64,000 bases of DNA. Origin: a virus. Lineage: Duplodnaviria; Caudoviricetes. Every line of letters begins with the position of its first letter. The stretch's first letter is position 1. The stretch is taken from positions 5,329 to 69,328 of the IMG/VR virus record IMGVR_UViG_3300028624_000009. One strand, given 5' to 3'. The position numbers were made by a program, and so were the translations under genes. Below, one piece after another: positions 50,403 through 61,142 of the stretch. A model generated the notes under the pieces. It worked only from the letters and a program-made list of their open reading frames with translations, made no database searches and had not been told where the DNA came from.

Positions 50403-52532
50403 TCAGGACTCCGAGACAAACGTTAGGAACATGGTCAGGTCAGAGGCATTTCCAATTGTACCTTTGGTAGTAGTAATCTCGATAGTATCGCCTGCGGTAA
50501 TTCTATATCTGGCAGGATCAATATTGATAGTTGTCGATTGCACGACCGATGCTACCTGCAAACCATTTCCTGTTATGACTTTGTTACCGTTTATTGCTAC
50601 GTTTACATACGGCTGTGCACCTGAACTATCCAGGGTGTTAACAATACAACCGACTGCAACCAAATATGCAGGTGGTCCTCTCCATACACTATGCGATTTC
50701 TTGAACGTTTTTATTAGCGTATTGCTGATAGCAGATGCAAATGCGCCTGGAATTAAATAATCAACCTGATTTATCATTTCAGGTACGCCAAGATACAGGC
50801 CTTCGATATCACCTGTTATGGGCGGCCCGGAAATCGTGATAGTGTTGATTGTGACATTTTTCACTGTGCCTATGTACTTGACTCCCGCAACCTGATAACA
50901 TATTGGAGTACCCAGGACTATTGCACCTGCACGGTCTACTAGTGTAGTTATGATCGAAGTAGATGGTGGGGTAGCTAGATATGTACCGTCTTCTTTCCTC
51001 CACCGGGAATTATGCCCTTCCAAACCCGCACCAGTGCAATCTCTGATGAAGTAGTTGCTGCCTTCAGCCATTTGGACATATCCTGTTTTAGAAGCGAAAC
51101 ATCTATCCATTTCAACATATCCACCAGGTGCGACATCCAATAATAATGTCGGGTCCGGTTCTTCGTCATTTGGCTGAAGAGCCAACAGCTCAACACCGAT
51201 TAGATATAGTTTACAGGCAACTGGACTTTTTACTCCTTCCACAATTTCGCCTACCATATATACGCAAGATTTGTGGCCCCATATACGACCGCCATGCATC
51301 GTAACTTTGGCTTCACCAAGAATCCTGAATGCATAAGATCCTTCGAAATCACAGTTATTGAAGAATACGTCACAGGGGCCATCTTCCATATAAGTATTGG
51401 CATCAATGAACGTCGAATACTTGAAATTCGTATTGTGCAAAAATTTGCTGGCACTGATCATAACCCGGATTGCGCTATGAATGATGAGGCCATACTGCAT
51501 TGGTGCTCCGGTGCAATCCATGTAGACGCTGTTCATGGTAACATCATTGACAGTCCACAGGGTAATTCCGGCACGATGACATATAGTATCCGAAATAACG
51601 ATGGAATCCCTGTCTCTGGTCAGATAATCGGGCTGATTACCAACACATTCAATTCCGCTGTTGCAATCTTCAATTAGGCAGTTATTGATAAGCAGACCAC
51701 GAACGGTATCTGTCATGATTGCTGTTTTATAACAATTGGTGGCACGAATATCACTAAACACCAAACCGGCGACAGGGCCACTACCATTATTGCCGCAATA
51801 TACTCCATATCCAAAGCTGTCCTTGATCCAAAGCCTCTGGAACCTGAAATTGCTGGCTATGCTTCCGGTAAGGATGATCCCGGACCCATCGTAGTAATAT
51901 TCTTCTTGCTCGGCTCGGTTGCCATCCAACGTCATGTCAGTAACCATGAACATGGTAGCGCCATCATTCCACCAATGAGCACGATTGATGATCATTACAG
52001 CATGGTGATCTGCGCTATGCTGCCCTGGGGCCATTTTGAGTATGGTTGACCCTACACCAGATCCACAGAAATTGATATTTTTTCCGTCCAAGACGCCAAT
52101 AGCATAGTAGAACGGGTTTGACTGGGTTTCCTCACTATCGCCAGTTAAATAAAATACTTTATTGGCCTCAAGGGTGAAAGTTCCCGGACCGATGAACAGC
52201 TTCCCATTATGCGGGCAACTATCCACAGCCGTATCGAAACAACGAGTATCGTCAACCCCAATAGTACCGGTGTCAAGGATATACCATTTATTATTGACCA
52301 CCTTGATTGTTGTTCCTTCCAAGAAGATAGCCACATCAAAATCTGATATTCCTCCGCCGGTAAAGCTCTCAACATACTTTTTATTGGCAGCATCATATGG
52401 TTCTACAGGGTCGCCTAGATTTGTAATCCGGTTGAAATAGACTGACTGATCCCCGTCAAGGATTTTATTACCATGGAAGCCTGTTTTTTCCTGCCACTTC
52501 CAATCCCGCAATCTGGATTCGGGTCCGCTCAT
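50403..52532 (-). CDS. Spike-like right-handed beta-helix protein
   Basis: DAANKKYV neck motif; GSGVGSTIL, MTLDGN; paralogous to 13671..15188. Confidence 0.8.
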   Translation of the reverse strand: MSGPESRLRDWKWQEKTGFHGNKILDGDQSVYFNRITNLGDPVEPYDAANKKYVESFTGGGISDFDVAIFLEGTTIKVVNNKWYILDTGTIGVDDTRCFDTAVDSCPHNGKLFIGPGTFTLEANKVFYLTGDSEETQSNPFYYAIGVLDGKNINFCGSGVGSTILKMAPGQHSADHHAVMIINRAHWWNDGATMFMVTDMTLDGNRAEQEEYYYDGSGIILTGSIASNFRFQRLWIKDSFGYGVYCGNNGSGPVAGLVFSDIRATNCYKTAIMTDTVRGLLINNCLIEDCNSGIECVGNQPDYLTRDRDSIVISDTICHRAGITLWTVNDVTMNSVYMDCTGAPMQYGLIIHSAIRVMISASKFLHNTNFKYSTFIDANTYMEDGPCDVFFNNCDFEGSYAFRILGEAKVTMHGGRIWGHKSCVYMVGEIVEGVKSPVACKLYLIGVELLALQPNDEEPDPTLLLDVAPGGYVEMDRCFASKTGYVQMAEGSNYFIRDCTGAGLEGHNSRWRKEDGTYLATPPSTSIITTLVDRAGAIVLGTPICYQVAGVKYIGTVKNVTINTITISGPPITGDIEGLYLGVPEMINQVDYLIPGAFASAISNTLIKTFKKSHSVWRGPPAYLVAVGCIVNTLDSSGAQPYVNVAINGNKVITGNGLQVASVVQSTTINIDPARYRITAGDTIEITTTKGTIGNASDLTMFLTFVSES

Positions 52533-52535
52533 GGA

Positions 52536-52931
52536 CTATGCCTCCATCAATTCTATGTACTCATCTTCAGTCCAGATCCCAGGTATGGCTATTATCGAGA
52601 ACGTGGTATCAGGGTCATCAGAGAACATGCTGATAACTGCGATATATATGCCATCGTGGACAGCATATCCCTTGTCCTGGCTTGGATCAATACCATCCAC
52701 CACAGATATATCTCTTCCATTTGAAGATATCTGATAATATAATATGCCCGGCCCGTAGTTGAGGATCGTAATGGCTTTTGCAGGTACTCCCAGACCTGCA
52801 AGTCCATTCTCTCCATTCACAATGTCATATCTTCTGAGACCAGCTTCGCCTATTCCACCGAAGGATTGATGAAACACAGCGAAAGGAACATGCCGATATT
52901 TAAGCATGGCTCCTCCCTCCTTACATTTCAC
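52536..52931 (-). CDS. Small beta-sandwich putative structural protein
   Basis: Beta-strand pattern; lies in the structural cluster. Confidence 0.55.
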   Translation of the reverse strand: MKCKEGGAMLKYRHVPFAVFHQSFGGIGEAGLRRYDIVNGENGLAGLGVPAKAITILNYGPGILYYQISSNGRDISVVDGIDPSQDKGYAVHDGIYIAVISMFSDDPDTTFSIIAIPGIWTEDEYIELMEA

Positions 52932-53994
52932 CGATATAAATCAGATCATTGAGCTGATATTTCTCAATCAGGGCGTTTGCTGCTGCCTGTTCAACATCAG
53001 TTGCATATGGCATGCCCCATTTCTGGTGATCAACAACTGTCATTTTTCTGAGACCATATCTGACTCTCATCCGGAGATTTGGTTTTACTGCGTTCGTGGC
53101 ATGATTGTTTATGATCTCAACCTGGAACTTCTGGCACGCCGGAATATACATTCTCATATCGACATCGGGTGCTCCTGTATCCCCGGAAGGCATTGCCACT
53201 GCATCCATCCTGACATAGTTCATCAGGTCATCTCGGCTGACGAATATATAACAAGCATCGAATGGGTCCGCCCCTCCTTCATCGAGGTTATCCTGAATCT
53301 GGGCGGCATCAACACCAATACCCAGAATAACCGCTACATAACCCGGTGGGACCCTGGTCCAGGCTCCTGACAGAACATGTGACCCCCCGCCAGCAGCCAG
53401 TCCTGGTATCTGCCTGGAAATCTCCTTGACCTCTTCGAACTGCTCTTCAACCGAGGGATTCAAAAGGTCCTGGTGAATCGGAAGATTGCCGATCAGTGCT
53501 CTTTCCGTAAGATTCGCGGTCTCCAGTATCCGGGCCTTGGAAGCATCATCCAGTCTGCTTTCAACCATGCTCAAAGCTGTCTGGGGATCTCGTATTCCCC
53601 ATCTGTAGAGATCGAGCATGTTATAATTTCGAACAACTACATGATATCTTGTAATGATGTTTGGCTCGTTGCCGCCTATACTCCGCTGCCGTATATTTGC
53701 ATATGAGCTGGCTATGGTCTTATTGCTGATTGCCGCAGTGTCATCATACCAAACATCTGCCTGTGCTGCTGAGTACAGTTTCAAGGCCTCGTCAGACTTA
53801 TCGGTAGATACGACAGTTTCAACAGGATAAGTAGCTGGTCTTGTGGAAACCACGTTCCTAATCTCAACCAATCTTTTTCCGAAATTGGTATATTTAGCAA
53901 CTTCCACGCCACTCGTTGGTACATTAACCCGGAATACTTCTGGCAGTACCTCGGTGGGATATCTGGCATATGCCAGGTTTGCGAATGCTGTCAT
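52921..53994 (-). CDS. Putative capsid or structural protein with two beta-rich halves
   Basis: Alternating hydrophobic strands, helical linker, own promoter. Confidence 0.45.
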   Translation of the reverse strand: MTAFANLAYARYPTEVLPEVFRVNVPTSGVEVAKYTNFGKRLVEIRNVVSTRPATYPVETVVSTDKSDEALKLYSAAQADVWYDDTAAISNKTIASSYANIRQRSIGGNEPNIITRYHVVVRNYNMLDLYRWGIRDPQTALSMVESRLDDASKARILETANLTERALIGNLPIHQDLLNPSVEEQFEEVKEISRQIPGLAAGGGSHVLSGAWTRVPPGYVAVILGIGVDAAQIQDNLDEGGADPFDACYIFVSRDDLMNYVRMDAVAMPSGDTGAPDVDMRMYIPACQKFQVEIINNHATNAVKPNLRMRVRYGLRKMTVVDHQKWGMPYATDVEQAAANALIEKYQLNDLIYIGEM

Positions 53995-54122
53995 ACCGAA
54001 TATGTAAGATAGATTAATATAAAAACAAATGCGGAATAAAGTAGTACAATGTTCAATCGGATAAATTTTATTAAATTAGCGTGTTCAACAAGTACATATA
54101 TCAGTAACAAAGTAGTACAATC

Positions 54123-54347
54123 ATGCCTATATTCAGGACAGTTAAAGCAATCCCAAGCGGAGGATCTAAGAGAATAACATTACCGGCTGCATGGACGAAA
54201 CAACATGGCGTGAAAGCAGGCGATGATCTGCAATTGCTGGATCATGGTGTTTTGATAGTGTTCCCGCCGAAAATAAGCAGCAATCTGAATATTGATGATT
54301 TAACAAGAGATATAAGAGCAACGTTATTCAATTTTGTCAAAAAATAA
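54123..54347 (+). CDS. AbrB/MazE/SpoVT-family DNA-binding protein
   Basis: GGSKRITLPAAW....GVKAGDDL. Confidence 0.9.
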   Translation: MPIFRTVKAIPSGGSKRITLPAAWTKQHGVKAGDDLQLLDHGVLIVFPPKISSNLNIDDLTRDIRATLFNFVKK

Positions 54348-54365
54348 AGAGGGAATAAATCCCCT

Positions 54366-55142
54366 CTAATTGCTGCAAGTTGGGTCTTCATCCGGGCTGA
54401 TGTAATAAACCAGCATTGCGGCGTCACCGTAGTATGCAGAATCAATGGCGCTCGACAGCCTGAAATAAACGTCGTCCTTGACGAAATCAGATATCGTGAG
54501 CGGTGTAAACTTGGTCACGGTATGGGTAGCCTTGAAATCATCTATGTTGACTACACATGCGCCAATATCTTTAGCATACTTGATGCCAATGCTTGCGATT
54601 GATATGTCCAGTCCTGGATTGGCCAACGCAAGCCTTACATGGGTCCAAGAATTCATTGTAAGGGCAGGGACGTTCAGGGTTTCAAGCGGAGAAACACATT
54701 CGGCGGTGTTGTCAAGCAGAATCTGGAGATCTCCGGCATTGGTATTAACAGTGGACTTTATCCAAAACTCGATATGAGTATATCCCAACAGAGATATGGG
54801 AGAAGCAATAGCCTCAGATAATATAGCGCCCTCCGATGCACCAGCGGCAATGTCCAACTTTACGGAGCTAGTTCCAACTTTTTTGTCCGCAGAATCTGCC
54901 GAAACGCTGATATTGGCTGGAGCAGTCTCATTCCAGGCATCCTCGCAGTCTTCAAGCACGATGGAATAGTTTGTTTCCAGTGCCATCATTACCGCACCCT
55001 TGCCGTCTGTTGCAGCAGGGGCTCCATCGGTATAGATGTCACGAATTGGTTTTGAACCGACCGGAAGTTTAACCCAGTATCCAGGAGTACCCTGTATTGT
55101 GGATAATCCAACCGATCCGATAGGGAAAAATGCAAATGCCAT
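54366..55142 (-). CDS. Putative structural protein with an inserted carbohydrate-binding-like domain
   Basis: LEDCEDAWNE...GTSSVK...EFWIKS...WTHVRL...IDDF. Confidence 0.6.
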   Translation of the reverse strand: MAFAFFPIGSVGLSTIQGTPGYWVKLPVGSKPIRDIYTDGAPAATDGKGAVMMALETNYSIVLEDCEDAWNETAPANISVSADSADKKVGTSSVKLDIAAGASEGAILSEAIASPISLLGYTHIEFWIKSTVNTNAGDLQILLDNTAECVSPLETLNVPALTMNSWTHVRLALANPGLDISIASIGIKYAKDIGACVVNIDDFKATHTVTKFTPLTISDFVKDDVYFRLSSAIDSAYYGDAAMLVYYISPDEDPTCSN

Positions 55143-55152
55143 TTTTTATCAC

Positions 55153-56352
55153 CTACTGTAGCGTGTATTCGTATCCCCACAATGCGATCTCAAAGCCTCT
55201 GACACCAGCAGCCCAGGCAGGAATAGATACACCATTATCTGTAACCTTCACAGATCCAATGCCCTTCATGAGAGTATATGCTCTGGGTAGTTCAGTGGGG
55301 CCTCCACGTCTGGTATCCGAGACAAGCGAATGCTGAGGCATTATGAACGGATTATCGTTGACCTCACAGTTGAAGATCATCGGATATCTGGAATTGCCGT
55401 TATCAAACTTCACCTGGAACATGTTGGGATGGGGAATTATTCCGCAATGCGTGAACCTGTAGAACTTCTTCTCGGTAGAAACCCACCTAAAGTTCTGGAA
55501 AGGAACCTGCACATACTGGCCGTCACGAACAAGCTCCATCTCCTGATTGGGAGTGGTTGCCTGATTGTTCTTGCTGTACGTGATGATTCTCTTGATCTGG
55601 GGATCATCTGCATTAAGACCCATGTTGAGGCTCGACCACCAATCCATGGTTGCAGGAACTGATCTGTCGATAACCTGCGGTCCAATTACATCAGAGATCT
55701 CAAGATCTCCAAGGACCTCGTACTGTCTGATCTGGTTGTTGGCTGCGGCAGTAGCGACCTCGGCAACAGGGGATGATCTCAGAGCATTCAGCATCTGATC
55801 TTCGCCCTTCGCGAAGGCAATATGGGCTTTGATTTCGATGTCACTTTCGATTGTAGCATCTCCGCCATGCGCGACTGTCGGGAACTCGATCTTGAAGTTG
55901 AGAGTATCAGAAGGTCCTAGCTTTATGGATGTAGTGTTTGCGCCGCCGCCCATGAGCAGGGCCTTGCCGAAGTTGATGCAAGCCAGGCGATCTCTGAACG
56001 GATAGCTGGGATCGTTGGGTCCGTCGCGTAGTGCAGGAGCCATGTGCTCGTTGATGGAAATGTTCTCGCCAATATCGTTTCCACTTATCACGGGAACAAT
56101 CCTCTTGATCGGCACACGTCGTCCTTCACTATTGACGCCGCCCATGACTTCGATGCCCTCTAACTCGGCAACCATATCGGGTGCCGCTTCCCAGGGTTTG
56201 CTATATCTTTCCAGCCCATGCTCCCACACATATGCGGTATCATCCCCGCACTGAATGGACGCTCCGGCTGTAGCACTCGTCTCCGAGAACGGGTACTTAA
56301 AATTCAACGTCATTCGTCCGAAACCTTTTACCATATGTTTCATCCTGGTCAA
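55153..56352 (-). CDS. Candidate major capsid protein (jelly-roll-like)
   Basis: 399 aa, two beta-rich domains, ends IALWGYEY; strong TATA-like promoter. Confidence 0.45.
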   Translation of the reverse strand: MTRMKHMVKGFGRMTLNFKYPFSETSATAGASIQCGDDTAYVWEHGLERYSKPWEAAPDMVAELEGIEVMGGVNSEGRRVPIKRIVPVISGNDIGENISINEHMAPALRDGPNDPSYPFRDRLACINFGKALLMGGGANTTSIKLGPSDTLNFKIEFPTVAHGGDATIESDIEIKAHIAFAKGEDQMLNALRSSPVAEVATAAANNQIRQYEVLGDLEISDVIGPQVIDRSVPATMDWWSSLNMGLNADDPQIKRIITYSKNNQATTPNQEMELVRDGQYVQVPFQNFRWVSTEKKFYRFTHCGIIPHPNMFQVKFDNGNSRYPMIFNCEVNDNPFIMPQHSLVSDTRRGGPTELPRAYTLMKGIGSVKVTDNGVSIPAWAAGVRGFEIALWGYEYTLQ

Positions 56353-56441
56353 TTGACCGATAAATAAAACAAGTTTTTTATATATAAGTGTTTTTTGTCA
56401 TTTTACGAAAGGTATATATTCTAAAAGCCCAATTGCATAAT

Positions 56442-56606
56442 ATGAGAATAACCTTTGAAATACCAGATGATATGGGGCTTGAATTCCATCAACGTTGTAT
56501 TACCAGAAAAAAGAAAATGAGCGTGGAGTTAAGGATCATGGTGGATGCCTGGCTCAGGGCCAACCCGGAAATGCCCAAACAAAAAATGAAACTGGCCCTA
56601 GAGTAG
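56442..56606 (+). CDS. Ribbon-helix-helix protein
   Basis: RITFEIPDD....F...C......MS..LR.MV..WL. Confidence 0.75.
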   Translation: MRITFEIPDDMGLEFHQRCITRKKKMSVELRIMVDAWLRANPEMPKQKMKLALE

Positions 56607-57980
56607 TCGTTGGATAGCGTTCGCTGCTCGTCCGGCCATAACCTTGGCTTGCTGCAAGTCTCCATTGTTGGCGAAATACAACGCGGTCTGTAGCTCACTA
56701 ATACGGAGCCCATTTGCAGCAACTGTTTCATTTGCTCTTTTTATATCTGAAGCGGATATATTTTTACTCCGCAGCAATGCCGTTATTTGATTTATAGCAG
56801 TTTTATCCATGGTAATCAGTCGATTGCTCGGCCTCCTCCCCGTTGCAAAGGAGCTATTGATGCTCTCCCTGCAAATTTGGCATTTGCCACTGCTGACCCA
56901 CTAACTTCGAACCCATGCTCCTTCGCGAGCTGACCAAAGTTCTTAATAGTACCGGTTGCAAGAGCACCCAATATATTCTTCTTATCCTTATCAAGAGCCT
57001 CTTTAATGGACAGTACGTTTTGCTGGAATGCTGGGATATCGGTCGGGCAAACCTTGTACTCGCTCACAATGTCTTCGGATATTTTTCTCCACGCATCCTG
57101 GGTGCCACCTTCTGCCGCCCAGCCCGCCGCTATCGAGGACAATCCGGAAATACCAATCTTCAGGAGAGCTTCGCCCAGGGGTTGACAGAATATTTTTGAA
57201 AAGACATCAACAGCAGTAGGTATCACGCTTGGAGTAATCACATCGCCGAGATCAAGTTTTTTCGGTGATCCGACGGGTCTCTGATATTCATTGATAGCCG
57301 GAAGCTTGTTAACCAGTTCTTCTCCGGCGTTCCTGGCCTGACAATATGAACATGTCTGGCCGATATTTCCCAGAGTTGGTATTGCAAGTATATCATCATC
57401 AGTATATGCATCGGCATCATAATAAATCTCAAACGGCACGAACTTTCGGGTTGCCGGATTTTTTGCCAATTGCAGATAGGTTAATGGTCTTTTATTCGCG
57501 TCAAACGATAATGGTTGCCTATAGTCCTCCAACGCATACTCATCAAGTCCAACTCCTTCGGGAACTTCATAAACCCGAAATGGCCGATTAACCAGGCCAT
57601 ATTTTTCATCCGATATATTTTTAATCCTGAGCGCCATTTCGTATCTCCTGGATCAGTTTTGATATGATTTTTCCCGCGTGCATCGTTTTCTTTGGAGACG
57701 CCGCTATGGAATCTATGAGCTTGGGATATAATGTTTCCATCACGTTAAATATCCTTCCGGCTATTTCAGGATTTTCTTCAACTGGGATGTCCTGTATGAC
57801 GTTATATAGGATTGGTTTTGCAATCGGCCATACATTCATCGATTTTATATATTTTACTGTATTGTCGGACCCTGCAACCATCGATTGCTGAAATGCCGCC
57901 TTAACGTCGGATTCGTCCGGGAATTTTTTGATCACGCTGAGATGTGTCTCGATGGCAAGATCCAAATCAGCAAGACTCAT
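56598..57980 (-). CDS. Three hypothetical proteins (56598-56810, 56816-57637 with CxxC and an amphipathic segment, 57621-57980)
   Basis: Co-oriented operon. Confidence 0.65.
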
Positions 57981-59176
57981 TGCACTGCACCCGCCAGCTT
58001 TTTCACAGATTCACTTGAACTTTTTACATCCTTTGCCTCGCGACCTGAAAACAGCTCCTTACCGACGGCAACTGCAAGTGTTTTGATCAGCTCTTGCTGG
58101 GACTGGGCCTGGGCTTGTTTTGCTTTCGATGCTTCAATCTGGGCTTCTGCAATCTTGTCTTCCCGTTCTCTGGCCAATCTCAATTGTTCCATCCTGTATT
58201 CATGATCATTTGCTATTTGCAGATCGGTAGAATCTCCCACATGAAGGTTGGCCCCGGCATCCTTTGCTTGCTTTATAATATCATTAATATTCATCTGGAA
58301 CCTACTGTTTTGCTGTAATTGGGCTTCCATAGATTTTACTTTTGTCTCCAGTGCCTGATTCTGGATATCAAGGTTTTTCTGGGTGAGTTCGAGGATTTTG
58401 GTTTCCAATGCACCGGAACTATCCCCGCCACTCTTTTTAGCCTCAACAAGCTCTTTGATCATTGCTCGGTTACTCTCAAGTTCATTCCGCAACATCTCGA
58501 TCTGAAGCTTATATGCCTCAACCATGGGATCTGGACCTGTCTCTCGGACTTCTCCACGGGCTTCTCGAAGCTCCTCAACACGCCTTCGGTGTTGATCTTC
58601 AAGATATTGCTGCTGCTGTCGCCATTCCTCAGACTTCTTCTGCTCCAACTGCATGCTCATCGTCATAAGACCCATCATACCTTGCATCATATCTGCAAAA
58701 GACATGGGTTGCTGCGTTTGTGTCTGAGTTGCAGCCACTGGTTGTGCAGTTGGGGTTCTCTGCATAAAAGCATTTATTAGACTATTGCCGCTGGGCATAC
58801 CCAGTGATTGCCGTATGAAAGCCTCACGTTGTTCCTCGGGAAGAGCACTCGCAATCTCGCGAATATCTGCTGCCGTAAATCCTGCGGGCAGTGAGCGAAA
58901 TCCCTGGTTTGTTGGTGGAGTTGTTTTGCTTTTCATGTCAGCATATTCTTCTTCAGCTTCTCTTTTTGCTTCTAGGGCGGCCTTTTTAGCATTTGTTGCG
59001 GCGGCTTTTAATAAATCAGTTTTTGCAGATTGCGTTAAAATAGCATTGGCCTCTTTCAGCAATCTTGCTGTTTCATTATCATCTGTCTGCACGTCAATCT
59101 TAGAAGCATCATTGGCCTGTCTCACCGATTCAGTAGCTATTTCATCGGAAGATGGCCTACCTGGTTTCTTTGCCAT
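57977..59176 (-). CDS. Long coiled-coil, Met/Gln-rich protein
   Basis: Heptad repeats; MMQGMMGLMTMSMQ. Confidence 0.75.
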   Translation of the reverse strand: MAKKPGRPSSDEIATESVRQANDASKIDVQTDDNETARLLKEANAILTQSAKTDLLKAAATNAKKAALEAKREAEEEYADMKSKTTPPTNQGFRSLPAGFTAADIREIASALPEEQREAFIRQSLGMPSGNSLINAFMQRTPTAQPVAATQTQTQQPMSFADMMQGMMGLMTMSMQLEQKKSEEWRQQQQYLEDQHRRRVEELREARGEVRETGPDPMVEAYKLQIEMLRNELESNRAMIKELVEAKKSGGDSSGALETKILELTQKNLDIQNQALETKVKSMEAQLQQNSRFQMNINDIIKQAKDAGANLHVGDSTDLQIANDHEYRMEQLRLAREREDKIAEAQIEASKAKQAQAQSQQELIKTLAVAVGKELFSGREAKDVKSSSESVKKLAGAVQ

Positions 59177-59233
59177 GCTAAACTACGCGTGTGGAAAAGT
59201 ATATAAATCATTTGTTGCTAGTTTACGCGTATA

Positions 59234-60303
59234 ATGTGGGCTAATGTAGACCGCCGATCGAATACGCTAATGTTAAGAGGCAGCGCCCCGGCTGAACTAC
59301 TGGATGATCTTTTTGAGGCTTCTGAGTTCGCAGCAAGACTCCGACTAAGCAAAAAAGACGGTGAGTGGGCTTACATATCATTCTGTGTCAAGTTCACAAC
59401 GGAGGAGCTATTGAAACTGAAAAGACAGATGGAGGAGCCGGATGCCACAGCATGAGATACATTACAACATAGACGATATTCTTATCGGCAGAAAATTTCC
59501 ACATGTTCATCAAATGATGGACATAATGAGCAAAGAGGGGCCTAACCACAGAAGGTTTTTTCACGACGACAATGTTGTGGACGATATGCTAATAGCGACC
59601 GGAGATTTCGCGGCTGCTTGGTCCGCCAGGTATCATCTGATTGCTGATCGTATTATCCGAGATGGAGAAGCCCCGCAAGAACTGCCTGGTAATGTAAGGC
59701 AGGAGGCCATCATTGCCGAACTACTGGATCTGATGGCAAGAGGCGAAGTAGAACTGGTGGTATTTCCGGATTCCATGCTGGCCAGGCTCATAAGCTCGAT
59801 CAACAATGGAACTGCTATCCTGGTCGAACCCGAAGCATTGCCGCCCCTTCGAAAGAATTATTATATAAAAAGGTGAAGGTGATCGTATGACAGAAGCCGT
59901 AGACTCTGGTGTAGCTAATACACCTGAACAGAAAGAAGAAAAGCCCTGCGTGCAATGCCTGGTCCCAGAGATCATGACCGCCTGGAACTCGGCTAGGGGG
60001 GCTTGTGAGTTCGTCCCTGACGAAAAGGGCCGCAATGAGTGCCGCAAAGAAATGGAGGAAATTGCGAAGGACGTTAAGTCCATAAAGAAGGGCTCTGAAG
60101 TTATATACAAGGCAATAAAATCGTCCAGTAATCCGTCTGCCTTTATCCAGGCCCAGATAGAGTTTGCTAAGACACATAATGCCGCCAATACAGAAGCCAT
60201 CCTTAAATGGGCAGATGAGATGGAGCAAAGTAGCCAACCAATACCCGAAGATATTGCCAAGATAGTAAAATTTTATCGAATACAGGCAGGTTCGCAGATA
60301 TGA
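59234..60303 (+). CDS. Three hypothetical proteins (59234-59455; His-rich 59442-59876; Cys-containing helical 59887-60303)
   Basis: H..H...VHQMMD...GPNHRRFFHD...H suggests metal binding in the second protein. Confidence 0.65.
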
Positions 60304-61142
60304 GCAAAGCACAAGAACTAATTGATTTTGCCAAGAATAACGGTATTTTTATTCACGGCAGAACATCTCCCGGGGAATGGGAACAGTTGCTTGCAGAGAA
60401 TGATGGAAAATGTCCCTGCGGCCATGCAGAATCTTGTCCCTGCGATCTGGCACTGGATAAGATAAAAAATTCTCCAGATCCTTCAGACCAGATGTGCGGC
60501 TGCGTGTTTTATGTATCGAAGGCATATCTGGATCATTACAAAACCAAGGCATGGAATGAAGATACTCCAGTCGCATCGGCCCCACCAACAAAGGAAAAAG
60601 ATGCACCAGAACAGGAAGAACCAGTTGCATATCAAAAGACCAGGAATGTAGCACCCGACATTGAGGACAAATTTTTGAGAACCGCTGAAGCATATATAGA
60701 TGGCTTGAAGCTTATCAAGGACGGCAACCTGGAGAAGTTTGTAGACAATATTCGCATGGAGGAGGTTTCCAACCCATGCAATATCTGCAAGGAAGATGCT
60801 GACCTGGTGGCTTCACATGGTGATTATGTCAGGGCATTATGTAAAACAGGTTCTCCGGAATGCGAGATTGAAGCAAAGAAGCTAGTTATCAGGACCATGG
60901 ATATAATTGATGAGAACTTCATGAGTGCCGGATACGACAAAGTAAAACAAGCAAAACCAGCAACCGAGGGAGACAAAAAGCCAGGAAAAAAGAATGCCTG
61001 GATCGAATTTAGTTCTCAGATCATGGCAAATCCTATACTGGATGGTCTGCCGCAGAAGAATAAGATGAAGATTGCAGCCGCCGTGTATCGTGGAGAATAC
61101 GACTCGATTGAAGCAGCTAAGGAGGCGTTGGCGCATGAGTAG
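60300..61142 (+). CDS. Protein with a ferredoxin:thioredoxin reductase catalytic-subunit-like N-terminal domain
   Basis: CPC...CPC...CGC.FY motif triad. Confidence 0.55.
   Translation: MSKAQELIDFAKNNGIFIHGRTSPGEWEQLLAENDGKCPCGHAESCPCDLALDKIKNSPDPSDQMCGCVFYVSKAYLDHYKTKAWNEDTPVASAPPTKEKDAPEQEEPVAYQKTRNVAPDIEDKFLRTAEAYIDGLKLIKDGNLEKFVDNIRMEEVSNPCNICKEDADLVASHGDYVRALCKTGSPECEIEAKKLVIRTMDIIDENFMSAGYDKVKQAKPATEGDKKPGKKNAWIEFSSQIMANPILDGLPQKNKMKIAAAVYRGEYDSIEAAKEALAHE

Noticed and set aside
54123-54347. Toxin-antitoxin pair
   Set aside because: No adjacent co-oriented toxin gene.
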